A DNA stretch of 64,000 bases from the human T2T-CHM13v2.0 reference genome, Homo sapiens. This document shows, piece after piece, positions 52,246-64,000 of the stretch. The notes beneath the pieces were generated by a model. That model did no database searches. It saw nothing but the letters and a program-made list of their open reading frames with translations, and was not told where the DNA came from. A program made the translations under genes and the position numbers. Location: the NCBI RefSeq assembly GCF_009914755.1, contig NC_060926.1; one strand, written 5' to 3'. Each line of letters begins with the position of its first letter. The first letter of the stretch is position 1.

Positions 52246-55200
52246 AAACCTTCCATGGCTTAATATTACCTTCAGGTAAAAATTGCAAACCTCCTTTTTT
52301 GGCTTAAAGGTCCTTTAACATCCAGCAAAATGGGAAAAATCATATTTTCACACACACAAAACATTTGATAATGAGGTAAGATTATGGGAAAGCCTTTTTG
52401 AATTAAAAAATTGGACGAATACAAGGAACAGGTTCTTAATTGCTTATGTGAGAAAAAAGAGAAGAATACTAAATATAATTAAAATTTACAAGTATTTAGT
52501 TATGTGGTTGATAAACGTCTTTGAAAAATGCTAGATCTCTGTTTTCCTTTTCTGATGATAAGAGTTTATGTACAGATATTGGTTGCCATAAATGACCCAT
52601 TTCCAAATGAAAGGGACCACATAATTGTGTTTGTTCTCTTCTATTTGCCTGTTTTTGTTTTTGTGTTGTCCGTCAGGAACTTGGTTCTACATGTTTTTCA
52701 AAACAAAATGTAAAAAATGAAACAGATTACAAATATGAAACCTAGTAGGAAAAGAAACTGAAAAAAAAAAGAGCAACAATGATAGAAAACACTACCACCT
52801 GAGGTTCCAGAGGTGCAAATTTGAGAATGAAGAGAAAGATGCTAAAAGATCTCAATAAAAATTCAAATCCAATAATATCTGGTTTGATTATCATGTGACC
52901 CGATAGCTTTTCCCATTCTACTGCCAAAAAGGATACCTTTCTTCTAATAAGAGCCCCAAAATGTGTCTCTGCTCTTAGGAATTAATAAGTTTATAATAAA
53001 TCATTATCAAACCACCCATTTTTATTTAGATTAGTCCTACATTAAAATGATGAACTACTATATACAGCACACTCTGACATTTTGGAAGATGAGTGTATTA
53101 TTTACTTGCTCCCCTGTCTTTGTCTGTTGTATAGAGATGTAAAATAACTCTGATACCTATAGTCATTAATTCTCTGAGAATCAAGTTTTTCTTAAGAAAC
53201 TCTGCTGGGTTTGGGAGAAACATTCCCCAATACTTGATCCACCACCAAAGCCAAGTTAGCTCAAAGTTTATCATCCCCTACACCTCAGCTACACAAGGCC
53301 AAAGGACTTGAGGCAGGGCCCGTTGGCCCAAATCTAGTTAAAAGAAAATATGCCTCAGCCCATGCAAAAAAGTTAAGTAACGCTAGCCCATCTTTGATTC
53401 TTTCCAGCCTTTCTTATTCCATATTCTTTTACTCCTTCCTCCCATAAAATGGCCTCCTGATCTCTCACCCATTCCTCCCATGCGAACAAGAAATGTTCAG
53501 AAATCATATGTTTATTGTTGATCAATTATATTTCACAATAAACAAGATTCTGTCAGGCTATTACTATAGCCAGCTATTTGTATATTGTGTCTGTAAGCTT
53601 GTTTTGAAGAATGAAAATTTATTCTTAAAAGACTTTCAAGAAATAGCAATCCCATTAGACAGAAATTTGAGGTCTATGGAGAAACTTGAAATCTCACTGT
53701 CAAGAAGACGCTAAAGGTATTCCTGTAAGAAGACCAGAATCTGCCTTAATTGAGTATAATATCTTCTGAAGTTTCAATGCAGAGAATATTGTCCTGTGGG
53801 GGAGAGGTAGATAAATAGACCTCTCAATAATTCATTCTGCCACCAGTACATGAGCCCAGAGTGGGGACATGAGAGACCACAAGTAGAAGAAAATGTTCAC
53901 CCTCTAATACTCCAGCTCCAATATGGTACAAAATTGTTTTCTAAATTCCTAGTATTAAAGTTAACACGGGGCTGGAACATGTCAACAAACTCCATTTAAA
54001 GCTCACAGATAATAAAGAAGGAAACAAAACCAGATAGGAACACATAACCAGGAAATATAGTTCATAAAATATAATTTGCTCATGATTTATCTTGTGTTCT
54101 TCTAGACAGACATCTCCTCCCCTGCTCCAGGCTCATTCTCCTGTGGCCCAGGCAGCAGAGGCAGCCTCTAACATGAATGGGAGGCTAATTTCTGAGAGCA
54201 AGAGGCATTCCCTCTTGCCTTCTTAAAGCCCACCTTCTAAATGCTCATTCTTTTCCAAGAATCCACCTCTTCACCACATGATTGGACCCAAAAATATCCA
54301 ACTCTCTCAAGTGAGACCCCTCACTGTCCCCCACCCAACATGTGTGGCCTTACCACTTCACAGAAGAACCATATCAGAATAAAAGAAAAGAGCACCAAAG
54401 AAGGCTCAGACATACACACCCCCTGCCCCCACTATGACACTCCCCATCCCCACAGTAGCAAAGTACCCAATCCATTGCAGCACTAGATTTATGTCTTTGT
54501 GGATGACTGACAGTCAAGTTTGCATGCAAAAGCACCAGAGATGAGTTGCCCCTGAAGAAGGTGGCCTGTTCCATCACCCTGCTGCAGCTGTCCCTTAAGA
54601 GACCAAACCTAGAAAATAAGGTAGGAGCTGAGAATTGCACAACCAGTTGTCATCTGCTTCTTCAAAGTCCTGGAACTCCTGGAACATATGCTATAGCACT
54701 GATACACCTGTCAAACTCTTATGTCCTTAGGAAAAATGAAATGGAGAAAGATGATTTTCCATATTATTTCATAAACTTCAGAGGTCAAACTATTTGACGG
54801 GCCACGGCACAGAGGCAAACAGAAAAATTATGATTTTCTGTATTGATTTGATTAAGATTATTTCCATAAAGTCTCAAAGTCTTACATAAATTGTAAGTTT
54901 TCAGGATCTTTATACGTCTTTAGAGTATATTGAAACAGTATTGCTAATATCTTTCTTTTCTTCATTAATTCCATAAATGAAGAAATATTACTGTGTGAAG
55001 AGAATCATTTCTTGACACACACATCGAACAGATTTAGGTCATAGTGTCCCCTTTTGTTAACAAAATTTTTAAAAATTGACATAATTTTTCCGACATATTT
55101 CTTGAATGCCTTCCACATGGAAGGTGTTATCATAGCCCCGTCATACAGAAGGAGATATTTCTGGTCCTGTTTCAAGGGAGTGGGCTTATTTTTGTTAAAC

Positions 55201-55544
55201 TATGTAATTATTGCCATCTCTACCATGTGAAAACCGTGTAACTATGGTCAGTTTACTCCTTGGGTCTTTTTACTTTCCCATTAATTCACAGTGAATAATT
55301 ATAAGAATTACATTAGAATTAGTATTCCTTGAATTACTTAAAGGCCTTGTACATTGCAAGTACTCAATAAATATAAATGTTCATCCTCTTAATTCCTGGT
55401 TTTTACTAAAATTTGTGCTTAGAATTAGTTTTCCTATAATTACATAGTAGTTAAAAGTTAATTTTTAATAATTTCCACAAGGTAAAATCATATAACTATT
55501 TACAGTGGGATTTTCTAACTAATTTGAATGGGTCATCTTTTATT

Positions 55545-55860
55545 ACCTAATTCGTTTAGTAATTTTTTCAACACCTACTCTGTGAAATGCAATATGCCAG
55601 GCACTGGGTACATAGAGTGAAAAAGAGAGATGCCATTCCCTGTTCATGGAATTTATGTCAAACAAAAGAGAAATATCTTAAACAAGTAGTTACACAATTT
55701 ATTAAATTACAATAAGTATTACAAAGAGCAAATACAGGGTACTATAAAAACCATAATGGGCTGAATCTGTCAGAGATGGCATGAAAGATTTTTCTTAGGG
55801 AGTGAGTCAAACATATCCTGACAGTAGAACAGACATTAGGCATCAGGAGTGTGTGTGTGT

Positions 55861-55916
<56 letters not shown>

Positions 55917-56600
55917 GACTCAAGGAAAGAAGGCAGTTGGTTTTAGAGGAAGCTAAATAAGGCCAATGTAGCAAGATATGAAAAGTGCTAGAGATGACTC
56001 CAAAAAAGTATTCAGATCAGGCAGGCAGCTTTTAGGCCATGTTAAGGATTTGAGTCTTAATTTTTAAAGTAATGGGAAGTCATTGAAGAATTTCAAGCAA
56101 GGAGATGATATAATTAGATGGAAATGTTAAAAATGTCACTCTAGCTTCTGTATGGAGAGTGGGCTGTGGCTAGGCAAGAGTGAAATCTAGGCCACTAGCT
56201 GGGAGGATTATGCAGTCATCTGGGAAAAGAAAAAAGATGTTAACAGAAACCAGTATGAGCAGGGGTGATGGAGAAAATAGAATTATGTTAAGGGAGGAGG
56301 AGGAGGTAGGAATCGAGTAGAATGATTCAAGGTATCCCCCAGGATTCTAATGTCTGCACTAGGTGGACAAAGATGCCATTCACTCAAGAGGGAACTCTGA
56401 GAAGGGTCAGGTTGGATGTGTACAAACTCCTTTTCCGACCTTAAGTTTGAAATGGCTGTAGATGCCAAGTAGAGCTAAGTCAGTAGGTAGCTATATAGAT
56501 CTAGGGCTTAGAGGATTGGATGTGGCTGGAAGTAAAAATTTGAGAGTTCTCTTATACAGAAGGTAATTAAAGCCAAGCTTATGGGTAAGATTTTCTGGAT
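55545..56600 (-). mobile_element. L2 LINE fragment
   Basis: CAACACCTACT...TGCCAGGCACTGGG, TAGGCCATGTTAAGGATTTG, GATGCCATTCACTCAAGA. Confidence 0.7.
55849..55912. repeat. (GT)8 CT (GT)23 microsatellite
   Basis: Directly visible. Confidence 0.97.
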
Positions 56601-57864
56601 ACATGTTTTTAGACTAGACATTCAATGAAACTGTCTTGAAGTGCTCCCTGATTTTTCGTAGTCTTCTAGCAAAGCTCACAATTGGTTCAACCTGACTTAA
56701 AACATTACCAAGACTCTTGCTATGGCACCATGGTTTAGACTCTTAACCAATTACTTATGGTAACTGCGTAACACAATTTAAAATTCTTTCCTAAGAAAAA
56801 TGTTGACTCTATGTGTAGATACCACTGTATTGGCCAACACCTGTGCCAGTGTGTTGATTTTTTCACTGAGATAGACTTCAATTTCATGTACTCAAGGGTA
56901 CACAACTGAAAGAGAAGTCCGTCCCTTTAATGCTGGAGTTTAAAGCATATGACTTTCATTCTATTCACAACACAAAATAGCTACAATACAGCTATTTCCT
57001 AGAAAATCCAATCATGAAAGAAATAAATCTATTTTTCCTTGAGAAAAGTATTTGTCCGGGAGGAGGGAAGCAAGATACGTTCCTCTATTAGTTAAATAAT
57101 CAGCAAGAAAAGTAGCGGTGATTGAAGATATTATTTTAGTCTGTTATATTGTCCTAACTGGGGATTGTTTCCTTGCGTCATTGAAGGTTAAGGTATTAAA
57201 GAACAAATTTCTGCAAATTTGAAAAGCTCTGCCTCTTTTGAAGCATGGCATGGTAGAAGAGAAAGATGGAGAAAAAGTTAAATTTTTAATTGTATTTCTG
57301 TTTGTTCCACAAAGCATTTGAGATGCTTTATAAGAATACATGGAATGAAATATAAGTATGTATATTCAGAAAAAGGAAAATACAAATTGGAGTAGGTGGT
57401 TATGACTGAGGGGGAAGTGAAAATGCAACATGTAGGCCAAAGACTCCTACATAGGTACTAAAGTTGGATTGCAGATTTGAGTCTGAAATTTTGGCTTTTG
57501 AGTAAAGAGAAACACCATTGTATTCTTTATTATGCATAAGGATTTTTTTTCTCCTAAACACAATTTATTACTTGGAATTTTGTTTTGAAGACACTGAAAG
57601 ATACGGTAAGAAACATACTCAAAAATGTTCCTGAAGTAAATACAGTAGTATATTTTGTATACCTTTTTCTGGAGAGTTTCTTAATTCCAGACTTAAACTT
57701 GATTCCATAACAACTTAATAATAGCAATTCTGTGAGGTGAGAGGAGTGGAAGGAAGAGACTCAGTGTGACCCAATGATGTGACTGTGTAAACGACTAACT
57801 TAATTCTGAGCTAAACCCCAGAAGAGCTAGATGACTGATTCTTTGCTGTTTTAAATGAGATCTT

Positions 57865-57980
57865 CTAAGGGAATCCGATGAAAGCTATGGACCCCCAAAA
57901 ACACACTCATACACACATATAGAACATAGCATATAAATGCAGATGATTCACAAATCCCTTAAAGCCCAGGTTGAAACATG
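57865..57980 (+). mobile_element. hAT-Charlie MITE fragment (MER103-like)
   Basis: GAATCCGATGAAAGCTATGGACCC...AAGCCCAGGTT. Confidence 0.5.
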
Positions 57981-58014
57981 TGATGTCAAGTGTCTATAAA
58001 AAGTAATTTAGAAG

Positions 58015-58265
58015 TAGCATAAGGGAGTACTTGAGAGTATATGCTAGGCATCAAACAGATCTCAGTCTGATTTTGGGTTTTGCCACTTGCTAGCAGTAGA
58101 GCAAGCTACTTAACTTCTCTAAGCCTCAGTTTTCTCATCCTTAAAATGAGGGTCAATAATATTGTTTATCTCATAGGGTAGAAGTGAGGATTCAATGAGA
58201 TAATGCATATGAAGGGCTTTGCATAATGTCTTTAACACAGTAAGGACTTAATAGTAGCTATTAGT
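58015..58265 (+). mobile_element. Near full-length MIR
   Basis: ACTTAACTTCTCTAAGCCTCAGTTTTCTCATC...GTGAGGATTCAATGAGATAATGCATATGAA. Confidence 0.8.
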
Positions 58266-59455
58266 TACTGTCAGCTTTATGAATTCATAATTAATTGAAG
58301 CTATTGTTACTGGCTATTAGTTATGCAGTTTCTATTTCCCTACATGACCAAGAACATTAGAGAAGGGGTGATCAATTCACAAAACACTGTGCATATATGT
58401 ATATGTAAATATAAACTACTTCTCTAGGAAGAATATGTATAATCTCTTTCTGATTTTCAATGAGGCTCCATGATTAAAAAATGTAAAGACACAGTGAAAA
58501 CAGGCAAACATAAGTTGGCTCTGTTCTTCGTGAAGGTACTGACTCATAGCCACTGTTCCCCAGTCTCAATTTAGAGAGAACACTCATGTGCTCAGGGCAC
58601 GCATATATCTTCTATGTGGTTCCCCTAAGAAATAATAGTGGCTTCACTGGCTGTTAATGGCCCTAAGCGTTTATTGTTCTGATTCCATTTCTGGACACTC
58701 TGTTGTTGATTTTAATGCTCCTTACTCACCCCTTATGTCCTTGGTTGAGTCAAAGATTTGTTAATATTAGAAATGATAGAAAATCTCCCAGGTAAGTTAC
58801 TGAGCCATGCAAAATTACTTTAAAATCCCTCCAAAATTGCCAGTAGTCACCAATGCGTCCTCTGTTCTTGTCTGCTGTCTCTCCTTTCCTATTCCCTGAG
58901 TTATTTTTCCCCACACCTTTATTGACCTTATTTTGGCCTAACCCTGACTCCCCATTTTTGTCCTTTTTAAAGCTGGCATTTGCAATAAGAATATTCTTTT
59001 TTGTTGTAGTTCAGCAGACAACCAGAGTAAATCTTCAAATCTTTACTCTTCTTTACAGTGTTCATTGCATCATAAAGATTCTATTTGGTTTGTTATTGAA
59101 CATACAGCATGGTTTCTTTTACTCTTTTCCCAATTCAGAACCATTTTGGACACTTGCGTGAGTCTCCCTCCACACAGCTAAGAAGGTAGCCTTTTGACAT
59201 GAACATCGTAAATCTTTAGGAATTGAAAACTTTTCTAAGGCCTTACAAAATTAGGGTTAGAATCAAGATGAGAATTGAGGATCTAGAGGTCAGTGAGCTT
59301 TATTTACTGAAGCTTTCCTTTGCTAATGTGTTTACACATTATGTCGCTCCAATAACAGCCATCTCAGGATAACGCCATTACTATTTTTTCTTTGTTTCAG
59401 TGTCATAATTTCTGTTTTTAACACAATGTAAATATTATAGCCATGAATTTTTTAG

Positions 59456-59519
59456 CTCAAGTAATTTAATTAAAATAATCAAATAATTTAATTAAAATAA
59501 CTCAAATAATTTAATTAAA
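59456..59519. repeat. 3 x 22-23-bp AT-rich tandem repeat, (C)TCAA(G/A)TAATTTAATTAAAATAA
   Basis: Directly visible. Confidence 0.9.
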
Positions 59520-59619
59520 CATATATTTAATATTTGGACAATCTCCTCACTGCAGATAAGTCAAACCTCTTATGAGTGCCTATGATAAAGAATAAATATA
59601 AGACACACCATATGTTAGT

Positions 59620-59810
59620 GGCATGCTATGATGCTGTCATACATTATCTCATTTTACCTCTACCACATTTTCCTGAGGATAGTTATCCTTCCCATCTCAC
59701 AGGTGATATAAACTAAGGGCCAGAGGATTTGGGTGACTTGCCCTTGCTCAGCGAGTGCAGAGTTTCAATTTTTAACTCAAGTTTGTCTGACTCTAAAGCC
59801 CTTGCTTCTC
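59620..59810 (-). mobile_element. MIR
   Basis: CCCATCTCACAGGTGATATAAACTAAGG...GTGACTTGCCC...TCTGACTCTAAAGCCC. Confidence 0.7.
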
Positions 59811-60698
59811 TGCCTAATCAAGAAGGAGCCAATTAATTACATCAGAAACAATGAAGGAACTTTACAAAATTATGTATTCTGAGCTCTTCAAGCTTCTAGT
59901 TCAGTAAATCTGGGTGGAATCTGGACCTGGAATACTTGTAAGAACTCAATTAATGGTATCTATTGTTAGTTATTAGTGATGCTGCTTTAGTTTTTCTAAT
60001 AGGACCAAGAACATTAGAGAAGAAGTTATTAATATTCAAAGCATGTTGTAAATATGCAAATGTGCATCTCTCTGGGAAGCATTCCATAACCTTGTTCAAA
60101 TTCTCAATGAGGCTTTTAAACCCAGAAGGTTAAAAACCACTGGATAGAGGCAAACACAAGTTGGTTTTCTCTATTTTTTAATGAAGGTTTCTACTTACAT
60201 CTGACCACACCTCATTCACCATTTAAGAACATCAATGTGCTTGGGGCATGCATGTTTATTTTATATACTGTTACTCTAAGCTGTATAGGTCACTAAATGT
60301 CTCTTAGCTTTTTTATTGTTCAAATTACAAATACCTTGGGCCATTCCATTTTTCATATTTGTGCTATTCATCCATCTGTAGCCCCTTGGAATTTCTAAAG
60401 CCCATGTGACTCAGAATCATAGCCAGGTTTGAGAAGAACTAGAATTTATTGAATATCTTGGTATAATAATAATCCTACTTATTAACTAAAATCTCTTTAT
60501 TAACTGGCACCAGTTAATGGCCTGAAATAATGGAAATTTTTCAAAATACATCCCATTTGTGCACAGATACTAGAGCAGTCTTTAAATAGAATATGTCTTA
60601 ACACCACAACTGAATTCACAGTAGTTATCACTCCTGTGCATCTTCTATGCTCCAAGTTGTTTATGAACATGAATCTCTAATCTTTAGAAATGCCATCC

Positions 60699-61216
60699 AA
60701 AGGACTATAAATCATGCTGCTATAAAGACACATGCACACGTATGTTTATTGCGGCACTATTCACAATAGCAAAGACTTGGAACCAACCCAAATGTCCAAC
60801 AATGATAGACTGGATTAAGAAAATGTGGCACATATACACCATGGAATACTATGCAGCCATAAAAAATGATGAGTTCATGTCCTTTGTAGGGACATGGATG
60901 AAATTGGAAATCATCATTCTCAGTAAACTATCGCAAGAACAAAAAACCAAACACCGCATATTCTCACTCATAGGTGGGAATTGAACAATGAGATCACATG
61001 GACACAGGAAGGGGAACATCACACTCTGGGGACTGTTGTGTGGTCGGGGGAGGGGGGAGGGATAGCTTTGGGAGATATACCTGATGCTAGATGACGAGTT
61101 AGTGGGTGCAGCGCACCAGCGTGGCACATGTATACATATGTAACTAACCTGCACAATGTGCACATGTACCCTAAAACTTAAAGTATAATAATAAAAGAAA
61201 AAAAAAAAGAAAAAAA
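60699..61216 (+). mobile_element. 5'-truncated young L1 (L1PA2-like, ~520 bp)
   Basis: Intact ORF2 C-terminus (...KHRIFSLIGGN*); 3'UTR GATGACGAGTTAG (GAG, not ACA/ACG) and CTTAAAGTA; perfect TSD AGAAATGCCATCC at 60686-60698 and 61217-61229. Confidence 0.93.
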
Positions 61217-61308
61217 AGAAATGCCATCCTTGGTGTGAGATGGCACTCAACATCCTAGCACTAGGACCTGTTCTTTGAATTGATTTCTAGATATGATGTA
61301 GCACACAC

Positions 61309-61807
61309 TGTTGGTTATTTCCTCAACACTCACTACCCTCTCCTTTCTGATGTGTTGGTTACAATGCATTCAGCTCCATGGAGTAAACTGTCATTGGTCC
61401 AATTCATTCCCTTTTGCCAATGGTTAGGCTTACGACACAGTTTTGTCCAATGATATATAAGGGGAGGGCAGCTAAGGCTTCAGGGTTAGTCTTAGGTCCC
61501 TGATATGAGACTAGTGCTCAAGGAGAAAGGTTCTCTTTGCCCCCGCTCTCTGCCTTCCTGCCAGGGACACTCTCATGAGGAAGTAATGTTTAGAGCAGGG
61601 CAGTCATTCTGAGACCGTAAGGAGAGACCATGCTGACCCACTGAGCATGGCAGAAGAAAAAGAAAAGAAAAACCTTGGTTCTTTATGACAATGTTGATCT
61701 ACCAAACCAACACTGAGAGTGCCCACCTCTAGTTTCCTGCAATAAATAGTACATAACTATATAGTTTAATCTGCTTGCTTTCAATCAAAAGCATCTTAAT
61801 TGATGCA
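61309..61807 (+). mobile_element. MLT1 (J/K-like) ERVL-MaLR LTR
   Basis: GTCCAATGATATATAAG, GCAGTCATTCTGAGACC, AATAAA at 61741, 3' end AAAGCATCTTAATTGATGCA. Confidence 0.7.
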
Positions 61808-62131
61808 AACAGTGACAAACTATTTTGAACTATGCACATAGATATTCCCAGACATGCCACTTCTCCCCAAAATTGTGACCGACAAGACAGCCTGAATGAG
61901 GAATGTAGAATAGCCAGGGGACAGATTGGAATAAAAAGATCTTCTTAGAAATGGGATTGACAGCCCAGGAAAGAAAGTGTTTTTCTTCCTAGCCCAATAC
62001 TTTAATTAGACCAACACCTACTAGATGACAATTTATGTTATTCAAGTCTCAAAAACTTTCCAGAAGTCCAAGTTTAGAAACCTAGAAGTAATGGTTCGGA
62101 GTCCTGATTCCAAACATACTTTTCATGCATG

Positions 62132-62150
62132 CTCTCTCTCTCTCTCTCTG

Positions 62151-62188
<38 letters not shown>

Positions 62189-62198
62189 ACACACACAC
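62132..62198. repeat. Compound (CT)n(CA)n microsatellite
   Basis: Directly visible. Confidence 0.93.
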
Positions 62199-62529
62199 AA
62201 ACTTCTTAGGGAAGAAGGTGGGACCATATCTTGGTGGGACACAAATATTATTTGAGCATAGATCCTACACTATGGATCTATGCATAGATCAGAACAGAAA
62301 CTGCACCTGTATCACCTCTATCCACTCTATCCACTTGTCTGTGCCCAAGATAGACATTACTAAAAGATCACCAATTGTTTTTTTCCCCTCAACCTGGGGA
62401 ACAGTCTGACAGTCCTCCTCAAATCAGTGTTCCAGGCAGCCACCATTAAAGGATGGGAATTTGCCTTTCAGATAGATCCCATCTACCATCCCAATAATAG
62501 CTGATTGAAAGCTAGCCGGAAGCTGTGGT

Positions 62530-62640
62530 TGAGCTAACTGTATACAGACATTGGGGAAGCTTGTGAAAAATATTGTTTTGAATTTAGTACTTTTGAGTGG
62601 GGCCTGAGATTCTGTATTTTTAATAACTTTTACAGGTTGC
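62530..62640 (+). mobile_element. MER5-like fragment
   Basis: GTGGGGCCTGAGATTCTGTATTTTTAATAA. Confidence 0.5.
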
Positions 62641-63579
62641 AAAATGGTGCCCACCATTTGGTTTTCGCATAAGTTTTATAGGGTTGACTAAGTTATTTTT
62701 ATATTTTATATTTACACTATCCAATATTTAAAAATTGAGGGGAAATTATATAAAATCAAGAAATTTTTAATTTGCTGCTCTTTAAAAATTAGAAAATCTA
62801 CAACACTGGGCTCTGTCCCAACATGATAACGAAAAACTGGAGCTGAACAGAGCTGCCTTCTTTGGATGGGGCATGCACTTACCATTTTGTCACAGTCCTC
62901 TTCATTCTCTGATGCCTCCCTGACACTGCAGATGAATATCACTGATGTTTACCATCGTGTTTGCACTGTCGTTTGCTTATACAAATAGTTGTCAAAAACA
63001 GGAAAACAAATGACAGACCCAAAGGGCCAGTCTAAGAGACAGAAAATTTAGTGATATTAGGGCATCAATCTCTTTCTCACGAAATTTCAAGAAGGAAGAT
63101 TAACAAGGTCCTTGAGCAAGGGCTTTGCCAAACAACTGTAAGTCCGTTTCACAATTTCAATGACAGCAGGGAAACTTTATACTGCCACCGTTTTTCTTAC
63201 ATGTTAAAGAGCAAAAGCTCCGTAGGATTACAGCAGAGAGAGAAAGTCCATTCCAGAATGTGACACTATTTGCTGCAGAGCAGAATTTAGTATGATGGGG
63301 CTGGGTGCAGTTTGTCGGCAAAAATCACCTCATTATAACCCATGTGTCCCACTCTAATGAGGAGCTAGGCATTATCTTAAAACGTGCTGCAGCAAAACCA
63401 GCATCTATATTTGGTGGTTTGTGAACAATCCTGTTACATGCCCTGAGTATTTGTAATTTCACAATTGATTCTCCAATTGTATTCTGAAAATATAAATTAT
63501 CCTAGGCTAAATTTTAGAAGCAATCACTCCATTACACATCACAGCAAACAGTATTATGTAAGGTTAACCATGGTATCTT

Positions 63580-64000
63580 TTTTCCAGTTTATTTACGGAA
63601 GCACACATGAATACGTTCTAGTTATAAACTTTTTTTTAACAACAAAGAGGTACAGAGAATAAAAAGTGAACATCTCCCATATTCTTTTACCTCCCCACTG
63701 CCCTGCCCTCCTCACTCTTCCACTCTCCTTATTAGAAGCATTCTAAATTAACACTTAGTTGTGTGTTTTTCCAGACATTTTTCTATGTTTATATATATAT
63801 GACATGTACTTTTGTCTGGAGGATTTCTCATCACTTATGATACTATCACACTATACATTCCTCATCACATACATTTTGTTTTGCAACTTGCTTTTTTACA
63901 TAATAATATGCTTGGGAAATCTTGTCATATCAGAATTTACTACATGCTTTTTAACCATTATATAGCATTCCAAATCAACCACTCCTCTATGGATGAATAT
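63580..64000 (-). mobile_element. Ancient L1ME 3' end
   Basis: TTCCAGACATTTTTCTATG...TTTTGCAACTTGCTTTTTTAC...TAGCATTCCA. Confidence 0.6.

Noticed and set aside
58720-58797. Consensus plus-strand donor CAG|GTAAGT with an upstream pyrimidine tract
   Set aside because: Isolated splice motifs occur by chance at this scale, and there is no other evidence of a plus-strand transcript.

Overview
Primate, almost certainly human, genomic DNA containing the 5' part of ACVR1C (ALK7, activin A receptor type 1C, a TGF-beta-family type I receptor) on the minus strand. Coding exon 1 (43744-43672, signal peptide) lies in a CpG-island promoter. A 41.2-kb intron 1 follows, then exon 2 (2519-2289, Cys-rich ectodomain); the gene continues off the left edge. 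A second CpG island inside intron 1 (~12.1-12.8 kb) looks like an internal promoter and carries a strong CTCF-like motif and candidate splice donors. The rest is mostly transposon-derived: Alus (including a very young AluYa5-lineage copy), L1s (a full-length L1MA nested in MER2 nested in an older L1, a twin-primed L1PB, an L1PA2), L2/MIR, MaLR LTRs and hAT MITEs. I found no evidence of a new multi-gene system. The best leads are regulatory: alternative N-termini from the internal promoter, a uORF buried in a 5'UTR G-quadruplex, and possibly polymorphic repeats near the promoter. Repeat subfamily calls come from remembered consensus sequences, not alignments, and boundaries of old repeats are approximate.
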